Of a stretch of DNA of 64,000 nt, positions 10,601-23,600 are shown one piece after another (position 1 is the first letter of the stretch; every line of letters starts with the position of its first letter). Under the pieces are notes generated by a model that saw only the letters and a list, made by a program, of their open reading frames with translations, made no database searches and was not told the origin of the DNA. The stretch is from Takakia lepidozioides (lineage: Eukaryota; Plantae; Bryophyta): positions 42,594,001 to 42,658,000 of the forward strand of contig CM060734.1 in NCBI GenBank assembly GCA_030704615.1. The letters run 5' to 3'. Made by a program: the position numbers and the translations under genes.

Positions 10601-13600
10601 AAGGGAAAACAGCAACCACTTCTCTGCGTACATCTTTCACAAGATTGTGCTACCACTAGCTTTTTATGTCCTAAGCCAGTAACATTTTAGCATAGGCGTG
10701 CCTTGAAGTGAAATCTAAGGTTGACAGTACCTAAAATATGCACTATCCTGAGACCTTGATTTTCAGCATTATGATGGGAAAATGTATGGGGACTCCAATT
10801 CACACCCAGTGAAAGTTTCCAACTAGAAGGTCTACTCACAGAAACAAGATTAATGTTGAGGCCAATATATTTGGCCAGGGAGTTCACTTCACAGACAACA
10901 TGGGTGGCATTGCTTCCCTTCGACCAGAACTCCACACAGGTGGCCCCCCATGTCTCAGCAGCTTCCTGCACCTGCATATTTCATGCAAGTGGAATAGGAT
11001 ATCTGAGAGGAGATTTGGTAACCAGTTTAAGGCACAACAAGGTGAGTATTTCTTGAACAAAGGTATCAAAATCCTAGAAATCAGACAAGTGGAGGTGCCA
11101 AGCAGACCCCGCATCTCTACTTTCATTGCTAAGCACCAGAGTCATCAACACTCTATACAGGCTTCTCAGATCTAGGGCTGTGCAGCAGGCCCTTACTCTA
11201 GAATGCGACATGAGGGAAGAAGCATCTCAGGCTTGAGCCTCACCTAATCGATATGCGTAAGCTTTGAGGACCCATGCAGTTTGTCCTAAGCCTGACAGCC
11301 AGAGGAGGAACATAATGACCAATGGAAAGACATTTCCTTAACTGAACCATGGTTGCAACACCCTTATTGCAGAGAAAAGAAAAGCACTTACAAGGACATG
11401 GGTGGGAAAAGATGAGGCAGAGAGAGGCAGACCAACTAACTGATTGATAGCCAACAAAGTTGAGTACTAAAACAGATTGTTACCTTTCCCTGCAACTCGC
11501 TTGACAGATCAGGATCTATATAGAAGCGTGCACCCGCAAGGACCGAGGTTGATGACTGCTTCACTGATCCATTAGCTTTTGGTGCTGACCTAAGACTTGG
11601 TTGCAGGCAGAGTGAACTGCCCACATCTCGGCCAGCTGGCAGGCATGAGTTCTGCCAGCTGCTTGTTGCAATAGCTTGGGAGAAATTCTCAACTGGCGTA
11701 GCTCCATTCACATGACTTCTCTGCACACTGTATAAGGACTCATCCAATCGCACTGCAAACCACCCAGACCACACCAAGAAATTCAGACCAGTGATATCAA
11801 AATTGGTACGAGCAACAGTACAAATTTAGGTTCGTGACCTGCTAGGTTGCAGGTTCTCTCTGCAACTCTCCCTACAAAAAGGGAAAAACTTCTGAACCGC
11901 ATGAAGCAGTCATTTTCTGTCCTTGTGAACAAAGAGAATACATGGAATTAATGATGATACATGAAGCAAAATTAATTCATCCCCCTCCCCTTCCCTTGGG
12001 CAGCCACACCGAAAGAACCCACCCATCTGGGATGCACAACAGGGCACCTTTGGAGTCTCTTGATTTGGATTTCTTGTTATTCTACTTCCCCATGGGCCCC
12101 TCTCTCACCATTATAGAGTTCCTCTCTCTAATCCCCCTTCCCCCTCACCCCCTCTCCTCCCGTTACCAAGAAGCTGTGAGAGCATCTAATATGCAAAGAG
12201 TAGATAGAAAGTGAAAAGTATGTGTAGTCTATCCCAGGGCCCCTGGGAAGGAAATGAGACCGTATTGCTTGGCAGAGTTGAGAAACCATGGGAGTGTGAC
12301 AACGAAGAGGCCTCTTCGCAATCCATGCTTTAAGGCATGTTCAAATTTCCGGCCACTACAGCTGTGCTGCAAGTCAAGGCATCACTCTTCTACATTACAT
12401 CTGGGCTTGTCACACAATGCTTTTACTAGTCCTGGAATATTGAAAAAACCACTGATTGAGAGTATTTTCCTGGTAGAGTAGAAACCTGTATAGAGGTCTG
12501 CGTATGAGAGAGTAATTAGATTGTCAATTAGCTTAGGGCCTAACCAAGCTTGTATTCAAACACAAAAATACCAGGAGCACCAAACGTTGAGTCTGGGGTT
12601 CCAGGAACGAGAGGCAATGTTAGTTGAGAGGCAGCCTTGGCATTTGAGTGCAAGCGATTCGAGGAATCACAAAAGGCTTCTGCATCAACCTGCCTTTCTC
12701 AAGTGGCCACTTCTTTCAGTTGATGAATCAATTCATGGATCTAATCTTACACCTGGCCCCAGAGCATTATCACACAACACCCTGGAAACTACCATATAGA
12801 TTTGCAGAAGGATTGTATACATTTTCAGACAGTTGAGATGGTAAATGACAGGCCCTTTGGTATGATGAGAATGTGACACATTGGCTTTCATTGTGGTTTG
12901 TACTGGATATTGGCTTCGTCAGCAAAGCAGGAAAGTTTGAAAAGATGACTGCAGTACGAGTATACTATCTGAATAGTATGCTCTCATTGTATTAAACAAA
13001 TGTGTAAACAATAGCAATGAGAGGATATTTGAACAACAAGATGGGTGCAATAAACATGGAGATCTGGGCTGTAGTGGCCCCCCATCCTCTCTGTCGTCAT
13101 CTGCACTTGCTTGCGGGCCTCTGCATCCAAGTAAAAGCCATAGACAGAAAGTTTGCAGAGACCCAGTGAGCTTCTCATTTGAGAGATACATACACATGCG
13201 ATCAGTCCAACCTCGTCCTTTGGTACTTCTTCAGAAAGCAAGCCCTTTTCTTATGTTGTGCTTGCATTGGTTGTAGGTTATGTGCATCTTCTTCAACAAC
13301 TCTTGTCAGTTGCCTACATGACATGTCAGATAGGAAGCTCTAGGATATTTGGCAGCGACAATTGAAATGTCCAAATCGTGAGGTTGGGATTGCACCAGAA
13401 CTCACGGCCAGGTGAATAATGTACAGCATCGGACAGAAACAATAGAGCAAAACAAAATACAGAAAGACAGACTGCTTGCTGAACAAAAGAGATATAGCCA
13501 ATACATCAAGTTCACATTCGCGTACCTTTAGAAAGACCGGTGACACAGATGACAAGCCCAGAAAATGGTTTTTCAGCACAATCCTCCGTCGACAGACGAG

Positions 13601-13682
13601 AGAGAGTCTGTAGAGCCAACGTGTGCTCACTGCTGGATATGGGGTCCAGTGACGCTGAAGGGGACGGTGAAGCCGTAAGCAT
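7672..13682 (-). CDS. Plant BRCT-domain-containing (DNA-repair-annotated) protein, multi-exon
   Basis: ATG at 13682 has an upstream in-frame TAG. Exons encode PFSGLVICVTGLSK|EARKQVQMTTERMGGHYSPDLHVYCTHLVVQ|SCSGRKFEHALKHG..VVTLPWF (BRCT1), then LAGARFYIDPDLS..ATHVVCE..PMWV (BRCT2), TILFPIDRFSEMGPSSRTFF and a final exon ending IYDLWLGS* at 7672. Confidence 0.85.
12364..13028 (-). other. U12-type (minor spliceosome) AT-AC intron
   Basis: 5' site CAA|ATATCCTC, branch-like TGCCTTGAC, 3' site GCAGCAC|AGC. Splicing restores the BRCT reading frame. Confidence 0.85.
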
Positions 13683-14652
13683 GGCGTTAGGCTACTACCA
13701 CGCAGCTGCTCGGAAACCCAAACTTTCGAGTCCCGGAACCTCATCTTTGTTCCAAACTAGTCCTTTCACCCCCGCTAATCTTGCCTGGAATTCTTGCCTC
13801 CCCCATTGATGCAGGCCCGTGTTTCAGTCTCTCCCTATGAACGTCTTCCAACCTTTTCTACCTCTATCTGGCACTTCAACATCTTCAGCGACTTCACCAT
13901 TTAATCTTACATTCCTTCCATTTCGATCCTTCCATTTTCTCCTGTGGCTCTAGATTTCACCCCCCCAAATCTGTCAGTTTCTGACCAGTCCCTCAGCTAC
14001 ACTGAATTCTTGCAACCCACAAAGACGAACATACCCGTATCCAACCATTCTAAGTCACGTGTATCCTCTCCGCAGCAACTTTGCAAGTAAAAAGAGTTTA
14101 CTCTCTCCCTCCCCCTCGCACACACTTACAAACCTCGTCATTATCTATCTGTCTGTCCACCACTTAACCACAATGTTTCCGAAGCTCACCCCAAAGAGGA
14201 AAGCAGACTCAGATTAAGCTTCCCCCTGCTCTTAATGCTCAGCGTTGGTTTATCTCTCTTGTGTTGCTCGGTATCGGCAATGCCTTGAGAGCCAGAATAC
14301 TTCGATTATCTTTGCAGAGCCAGTTCAAATTTGCTTCATGCTGAGATCAGCGCCATCTCAGAGCCAGAACGAACGAATCCCATCTTCTTCTTCTTACTTC
14401 GTTCGCAATCTCGTCGACGCCATGCGATCTTGCAGGGAGGGTGGAGCCAAGCAAGGCTCTTGTGCGTGGAGCCCACAGTCTCCTCGAGCAGCTGGGAGAT
14501 GACCATCTAACAAACGGTTCCGTTATAGATGATCGTTAACTAACATCTCGTTTACTAGCGGATTAACATATGGAGGAACAGGCCTTCTGCAAAGAAACGC
14601 CCACGCCCTGGCTCGTCGTGTTCTTCGCTGGCTGCCATCGAGGTTCGCAGCG
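13683..14652. promoter_or_regulatory. Divergent (possibly bidirectional) promoter/5'UTR region between the BRCT and importin genes
   Basis: Start codons are 970 bp apart in head-to-head orientation; the region is CpG-retaining with CT-rich tracts. Confidence 0.5.
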
Positions 14653-17600
14653 ATGGAGCAACTGGAGGTGTTGTTGATGCAGTTTCTGTTGCCAGAGAAC
14701 GATGCAAGAAAGCAGGCGGAAGAGCATATACGGAGACTGTCGAAGGATCCACAGCTGGTGCCGGCGTTGTTGCATCATCTCAGAAGCGCGCAGTCCCCGA
14801 ATGTCCGGCAGCTGGCAGGCGTGCTGCTAAGGAAGAAGATCACAGGCCACTGGACGCATCTCTCTATCCAAGTTAAGGACTCTGTGAAGTCGACTCTCTT
14901 GGAGAGCATCACGCTGGAGCAAAGGTATTGTGTCTTCTCTATGTGCCGATTGGTCTTCCTGTGTTTTATATTTGGCTCTCCTTCATCTTTCACTGTACCT
15001 CTACGGACAGATGACGTACGATCACAATACTTCACGTGAGTCCGGTTCTGCAGATGAAAAGGATTTTGCGGATTGATCTATACACAGACATCGTACATCT
15101 AAGCTTCAGTCCTACAGACATTAAGGAGCATCATGGTTTCTTTCGTTTAACGCTTGTGCTACTTATGGAGGATTTGGAAAATCTGCTTAATTTTTATGAA
15201 CTCTTTTCAAGTGCTCAAATGGGAGTAGGTGTCCTCAGCCTATTCTGGAAATCGTAATGTCCTTAGTACTGGGTAGCTGGATTTTTCACTATCGTGCTTG
15301 AAGATGGCTTGTGAAGTTGGTGTATGAAATTTTTGAGAGCACCTACTGCAAGAGGACTTTGTGTCAGCCACATGCACATTCAAGAATCTCAAATACAGTA
15401 GTTTCCTTGGAACGTGATCTGTAATGGTAGAGGGGTTGTATAGGTTCCCTTTTAAATCTCTCAGGGGTAGAAGTTTAGGTCATAAACCCTAACAGTTTCA
15501 CAGTCAAGAATCTCAAAATCAGTAGTTTCCCTGGATTGTGATCCTTAAGTGTAGAGGGTGTGCACAGGGTCTCCTTTACATCTCTCAGGGGTAGAGGTTT
15601 AGGTCATAAACCCTAAAGGTTAAACATCTTTTTAAGTAGAGATTTCACTAACTGTCTCGTCCGTCACCATTAATTAAGCCTGGGCAATGTACAAAAAGAG
15701 ACCCAGTATCTATATCTATATCTTGATGGTTGTGAGACCCTGAGCCTGGCAAGCACCATTCAAGGTGAATGACTAAGTTGGAAACATTACCTGAGGGCAC
15801 AATCTTTACATAAGAGTCCAGATAACTTTAAATAAATAACAAGAATATCACAATGTATTATCCTGGACCATGGGATTTTTGAGTTTCTAAGATGTATCTC
15901 ACTATGGGTTTCTATGCAACACATTGATTGCTACTCAGTCAACTAACAATTCATTGTCACCATGTACAATTCCTGCGAATTGTGTGGTAGCAAGGAAGCA
16001 TGATTCCTTGGATGCTGAGGCCACTTAATACATGACACTAGCCTTCCCCAGCTCCTTCGAGGAAGGAACTTAACTGTGCTTTCAGAGAAATCTCCAGCGA
16101 AGATGTGAACTTTGCTTTGGGAACTTGCATGGAAGCTCTGCCAGTTGTTTGGAAATACAAATGTCATCCATCCATCCACAACGGCCATGCTTCAAAGAGC
16201 CAAGTTTCTTCCTGGACACGCAATCAATACTGCCACATGTGGAGAGAGAGAGAGAGAGGAGCGGTAACCAAGATACTGTGGGCCTAAGACAATTGGAACA
16301 GAGATATCATGATGAGACTGGGGGGACTATGGGCAGCTTGTCATATTTGTTATCTCAGTAATGTTTGGCTGGGAGTCCATAAAGGAACAAACTGTACTGT
16401 CCATGTACTGAGTTGATATTTATGGTTGCCATGTGCAGTTCTCTGGTACGACGGGCAAGTGCAGATGTCGTGAGTGTGGTAGCCAAGCATGCAGTACCTG
16501 CAGGTCAGTGGCCAGAGTTGCTGCCATTTCTACATCAGTGCAGCCAAAGTGCACAAGAGGACCATCGAGAAGTGAGTGATCCTGTGCTCTCCTGTTGTGT
16601 CACCTTGTTTATGTGGAAGAGAGAGGGATAAAGAATGTACTCATAAGACTTTGTTTGCCGTCGACTTGTGGCCATCGACCCTGCGCCCAGTTTAGCTGGA
16701 AGCAGAGGGAATAGACACTACCTTCGTGAGGGGCTAGTGGGACTTACCTTGATGTAAACAATTAGTTCAGGCTTCTAGATATCCTCTAGAAAGCCCTTCA
16801 CACAAGCATCAATCTGCTGTGTGTGACCAGCCCAAAAGTTAGACCTCAACAGGGCCAGGGCTTTAGGCTAGCCTCGGGATTTTGATAGTTGGTGAACAGA
16901 GGTGCAGGAACCATGTCCTTGATGCTCCTGGGAAGGATAAATAGAGTCAGAGAGCTTGGGCTTCATACAGGGGTGAAATCAGCTGTATGTATCCGTCTGA
17001 CCCTCCCTTATGCCTGGTTTTTATGTCCTCTCAATCTTCTCATCCTCTCAATTTGTGCTCTGTTTGACTAGGTGTGGGGTCGATGGTCACAAGGATACAG
17101 CAATGTAGTGTAATGAGTACATCTTTACTTGGCTCAGAAGACAATTGAGGGAGAAGGCAAGAAAAAATCTGTACAATGTCTATGGATAGCCGAAAGAGTT
17201 TATGGTTTATGGGAAAGTATAACACACAGAGGGGAGGAGGTAGAATGAGGGGCCCAGTGGAAAATGTAGAATTACTAGAGAAAACCACAAGGAACATCAG
17301 AAGACCCCAAGCCTCACTCAGAGACAGAGTGCCTAATGCAGGTAAACTGCCAAGCACTTCTATTCCTGCTTCTGCTAAAGCTGGGGTATCTCTTAAGGGA
17401 CAGGGTACCTGTCACCGATGTTTGTGGGGCAAGATAAGAAGACATGGTACTCTCTTTCCTACTGCAAGGTTTGTATATATTGGACAGATCCTAGTCCAAT
17501 AAGGTATGTGAGCAAGACCCCAGCCTCAATCTGTAGTTTGTGAGACCGACTCAGAAGGTGTGCAAAGCCCTTGTGAGGGATAAGGGATGGTCACCCTTGT

Positions 17601-20600
17601 CATGGCTCCAGTTTCTGCATACAAGCTGTAAGACAGACCTGGTCAAAAAGAGAAAAATGAAATTAGACTTCGGTCTTTTGAACACAGGCCTGTTGGCAAA
17701 TAGGATAGCTCATTGCTGTGGGTTTGTACTGGAACCATGTAATCAGGTGGCATTGATTCTGTTCAGCTCATTGACAGAAACTATTGGTGACTTGCTTCGT
17801 CCTCATTTTGCGACTCTCCAAAGTGTGTTTGTGAGTGGTCTCAATGATCAACAAAGCAATCGCGTCCGTGTTGCTGCCCTCAAGTAAGTGATCTTGCACT
17901 TCAACACCAGTATTTTTCCCCTTACTGTGGTTAAAACCTCCATGGCATTAATGAGGTTTAGGATCTGAACTGCTCCTGAGGGTTATCCAGTTTGAAGAAT
18001 CTTTGTGTTAAGAAGTTCTTTGCCGTTATAAAGGCATGATCTGGAAAAATTGTGATGAAATTGTCTAGTCCAACTTCTCAATGTAACAATGTAAAATTTT
18101 TGGTGGTATGATTGGGTCAGCACTCCTTCATAGCTCTCAAACTGGCTGAGTCCTGAGGTGTCTTCCTCCTGTTGTCCATAACTCCAGGACTAATGGTCTA
18201 TTCGCACAGAGTGTTAGAGCACAAAAGTAGAGTTAAGTTAAGTACATGTTAAGTTAGGTGACATCAACTTCAACTTAACATTATGCACATGGTTATAAAA
18301 TGTTGGTTACCTTTAACTTCTCAGTTGAATTTCACGCTGTTTTAGGTTAATGGTAAATTATTTTGACTGTGAAATCTTAATGCCCACTAGTCATTTGCCT
18401 CATGTCATAGCTCAAACCATATGTTGTAAACAGCCGGTAATGTGCTCTTTGTCCAGCGCTTAAGCACGGGTCTCCTCTGTTAAATTTAAATAATAACTTC
18501 TATGTACGGTAAATGTTAAGATGACTCATGCTATCCCCATGGGTTAACTTCAAAACACAAAGGATTCCTAACATTGGCTAACATTAGATGTTAAATTAAC
18601 AGGTGACTTCTAAAATTATGTCACCTAACATATAGTGAGAACTAACTTAACGTTATATGATAACTGAAATTGATTGTGCGAGTAGGCCATAAGAGTGGTT
18701 AGGAGTGTCAAGCAATTTTAAACTGCAATACAGAGAGAATGAGAACAAAAAAGCTTTATAACGGCTGGCGGAGCTGGTGTCCTTTCCCAGTAAGGGGTAC
18801 GACCCTCTTTAAAGAGTGAACAGGAGGGTGTGATGGAGATTCTTCTTCTCACCTCTATAATTCTGTGATACACAGGGCTGTTGGAGCTCTCGTGGGCTAT
18901 ATTCAGACTGAACAAGAAGTGGTAAGTTCTACTTCCATCGCCCACCTAATCTTTTCCTCTTCTCCATTGAAATTCTGGGGAATTCCTAACATCTTCATGG
19001 AGTTAATTTGTACTTCCATTGAAGCATGCTGCATCTGTATATTACTTCAAGCACGACTCCGTGATTTCCTCTACATGTCTCCGCATTCTCTGGAGAAATG
19101 TACACATATCCACACACATACTCATAGCAGGGTTTATCGTAGCTTACATCAGCTTCTAGTAAGTTTTGCAGATTTTCTCCATGTGGGGGCCACCGGGCTA
19201 ATGATCTGCCAATTGTGGTTTGCCAAATTGGTTCATGTCTTGTGATTCCATCTTGCTCATCTGATGAATATGTATCCTACCAATTGCAGCTGATGTTTCG
19301 GGAGTTGATACCACCCATCTTAAATGTGTCGCGGATGTGTCTGGCCAACGGGGATGAGGACATAGCAATTTTGGCATTTGAAATTTTTGATGAGCTGGTT
19401 GAGTCACCAGCTCCACTACTGGGCCCCACCATCCCTGTCATTGTGCACTTTGCACTGGAGGTTTCCTCCAACAAGATCCTTGAAGCCAACACTCGCCACC
19501 AGGTTTCACTTTTTCCTTCTGTGCCTGCCTTGGACCCCATTTCCTCTGAATTTGCTCTCTCGCAGACTACAATCTCGGTAAATGGTTAATGAGTACTTGT
19601 CTTCCATGAACACGCAGATTTGTTCATCTGAGGGTTGTATCAGGATTGTGCCATCAGCTGTCATGATGAGATAATGCCTGCCCACACATCAAACTGATGT
19701 TTGATAGCTTGTACTAGCACAGAGGTTGAGTGCAGTCAGGTCTGGGCCTGGGAGGGTTGCTAGTTTCAAGAGAACGGTAACCATCAGTGGCACACACACT
19801 CTCTGAGCACTATAAGCCACCTTTACATGTACTTTTTCCCTCTTTGTGTTGTGTGGTAGGTAATCATCGATGGAAGTATGGGGTTCGGTTTGTCAAATAA
19901 AGGAGAGTTGTTTGAGCACTGTCTTTGGAGCTGTTCTTACAGGCAATCCAGATCATATCATGGCTATCGAAATACAAGCCCAAGACTCTGGTAAAACACA
20001 AACTGGTTGAACCAATCCTGGCAGTTATGTGCCCTATTTTGGCAGAGCCCGACACACGGGCACATGAAGATGATGTGGCAGCTGAGCGAGCGGCAGCTGA
20101 AGTTCTGGACACTATGGCCATGAGTCTCCCCAAAAAACATGTGTTCCCACCGGTCTTACACTTTTCAATCTCCAACTTTCAGAACCCAGATCCACATTAC
20201 CGAGATGCTGCAGTAATGGCATTGGGTGTGATCTCGGAGGGTTGTTTTGAAGTAATGAAGGCACGGCTGGAGGACATTCTGACACTGGTGTTGGAAGCAC
20301 TTAAGGATAAAGAGCAGGTACCCCAAAAATAGCCATTTTGGAGGGATGCAAGGCTGTGATTATCCTGGGAGGGTATGACTGTAGCACTAGAGATCTGTAT
20401 GTGATTGCATCAGTATCAGGGCTCTGTGCCTTCTTTTGAGGGGAGTCAAAAAGTGATTGTTGCGGTTACTGACCATTGTAAGTTGGAGTGCACAAGATTT
20501 CTCATATGTCTCTGATGCTGGAAAAACTGTTTGAAGGTGGTACGTGGGGCTGCAAGCTTTGCGCTGGGTCAATTTGCCGAGCATTTACTGCCTGAAATAA

Positions 20601-23600
20601 CTGAGCATTATGAGCGGATTTTGCCATGCATTTTTACAGTGCTTAGTGATTCCGTACCTGATGTCCAGGTACAGTTCTCCCCTGGTCAATGCTCTTCTCT
20701 CTAAGGCATTGGATGTCTTTAATTTCATGTGGCCCTCATCATAACCCGTCTATAGACTTGTAAGTCCTGTGGCAAAGGCTAAAAACATCGGACATTGTGA
20801 TAGAGAAGATTACGCAGCAGAAATGCTGAGCAACTTGAAAGCGTACATGTGCACTTTGTCCATGTTTGTGTCTGTTTGTAAATTTCCGAGCGGTTGTTTT
20901 TTGTAGGAGAAATCATACTATGCGTTGGCAGCATTTTGTGAGAATTTGAAAGAGGAGATATTGCCATATCTAGGGCCACTGATGGAGAAGTTGCTGGAAG
21001 CGCTGCAAAGCAGTCGCCGGGACCTACAGGAGACTTGCATGGTACCTAACTGACAACCCTGCCTTTTGCATGCGTGTATTGCAACATGTAACTTTGAGCA
21101 CGCCGGGATTCCCCATGCGTTCCAAAGAATGTAGCTACGTTGAAATGATCCTAGACTTGAAGAGCGTCGTTGAATCTCCAGTATATTCCTTGAGTGACTG
21201 AGGATGCCTTTTCTCACAATACCAATGGCTGTAGTCTGCAATCGGCTCAGCTGCTGCAGCGGCGGAGGCAGCATTTGTACCCTACACCCACAGCGTTTTG
21301 CACCTAATGCAAACCTTCATGGTTCTGACCAAAGATGAAGACTTGCCAGTTCGCGCGCGCGCCACGGAACTTGTAGGTATCATTGGCATGGCTGTGGGAC
21401 GCAGTGTCATTGAGCCAGCTCTTCCGGGCTTCATTGAAGCTGCACTTGAGGTTAATAGCTTACACTTCAACACTGTAGAAACTTCTCCATCTTCGGGCTA
21501 TGTTTGTTGTATTTAATGTGGATCTTGTTCTCTGTCTTTTTCTTTTGCCCCCTCGGCGGTCCCTGTGGATGTTATAGAGTTTCTTTCTGTTGTTCCCTTA
21601 ACTAGCTGCAAGTTTTGAAGGTAAAAGGATGTAGTTCATAACTCAAAAATTGCTACATTTCACCTAATCTGATGCTTATCTTTATGCTGCATTGTCCTGA
21701 AATGGTTCGGTTCTATGGAAAGCTTGGGGAAAGAAGATAGGGTCCAGCTAGATTTATAGGTCGCTGTCTTTGATGTATGACGTGGCTGTGCACATGCAGG
21801 GGTTTACGTTAGACTTCAGTGAGCTGCGGGAGTATACTCATGGATTCTTCAGTAACGTGGCAGAAATTTTGGAGGAAGGCTTGACTCCGGTATATTGACT
21901 TTTCTGTTCTTCCATCTCTCACTAGCAATGACATGAGGAAGCTGTATGTTTTTCCGTAGTTCCCTCACAACCTAGAGCGCTGTCACAGTGACATGGTTCT
22001 TTGTCTCTTAGCCTTCTTCTGTAGGCCTACATTGCAGAAATCCATTCTGTGCGGGTGGGAGGTTTGCACAAATATGGAGTTTTGCATGCATGAGCATATT
22101 ACATTGAACTTGAGACCTTGAAAGGTTGATAGTTCTCTCTTCCTCTGAATACTACTGATATCATCTTTGTTATGTGGATTGTGAAGTATCTACCACGCTT
22201 AGTGCCATTAGCATTGGCATCTTGCAATCTGGACGATGGGACGTCGTTTGACTTTGCCGATTCAGATGGTGACAACAACCTGGTCAATGGAATTGGGGGC
22301 TTCTCCTCTGATGAGGACGAGGACACAGACAACAAACGAGTTCGTAATTTCAGTGTACGGACAGGTGTCCTGGATGAGAAGGCAGCTGCAACACAAGCCC
22401 TTGGCTTGTATGCCCTCCACACCAAGAATTCTTTTATGCCGTATCATTTTTCAGGCATCTTAATATAATCATATGCCTTAAGTCAAGATTAGGTCGTTGA
22501 TTTCGTGAGCTCGATGAGACGTGTCTCTCTTCATACATTTTCACATAAAGGGAATAAATTCTCCTGGATGCAAGCCTTCGCAGGGACCCTTGCATAGCTG
22601 GATGCAGGTTTGTTAGTATGCCTTGAGAAGACTTACGCATGGTACCAAGCATTAGCCTCTTAGGCCCCATCCTTGTATCCTGGTTTCATCTTTAGGAGTA
22701 TGATTCTGAAGGTTTCAATGGATAGCTCAATTTTCCAGCACTATGGTCACTCTCTAGGTGGTCCTGGGTTTGAACCGAATTGCACCTTTGTGGAGGGTAT
22801 ATCTCACCTTAGTGTCTATGACATCTAACAACATACCTAGCTTTAGCGGTCGCTAAGGACTTGGCACAAGTTGTTATGGTGTCCAAAGTGGCAGCCATAA
22901 AGTGCCCACTTCCTTACAGGAGCAGGAGCTGTGCCGGTGCAAGGACCCACTCAATTTTAGTTTGTGCCAGTGTTAATTTCTGTGTTTACAATTTATGTTG
23001 TCGTACAACTTGAATGTCACCCGACAGATCTGAGAGGACACTGTTTTACATTCCATTATTCTTTCAGATTGTTTCTTAACAGCAAGCAGTTATTTGGAAG
23101 AGACATTGAAGGTGCTGATGCAGCATGTGGGCTACTTTCATGAGGATGTGCGACTCCAAGCTGTCATTGCCTTTCAGCGTACGCTTTCCCAGAACACACT
23201 TTTTGTAGTGTGACTTTTGAAACTTGCAGCCTGCAAACAACCATGGAAATCGGCTTAGATTGGCTGAAGTCTGGGAAATAGCCTCATCAGCGATCCTGTT
23301 TTTGGCACCAAGTTTTTTACTTCAACGGCAGCCATTATCACTTTCACTCACATGCAAACGTTGACCATGCAAGTGTGTGCACCAGTGCATGAATTTTCCT
23401 TATGCTTTGTATTGTACTGTTCTGGGCTTAGTAAAGAAAGGGATCTAGATCTCAGTCGGTTTCATACTTGGCAGGTAAATCTGGGATTAATTGCTGAGAA
23501 ATGAACTTTGTGATTAGTTTTGGTTGGAGGATGGTACGTGGTACTGCTTTGAGACTGATAAGCATTATGTGCTCCTTCTACAGATGTATTTACAGCAACA

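Noticed and set aside
15476-15616. Interstitial telomere array
   Set aside because: Only isolated single motifs, no tandem array.
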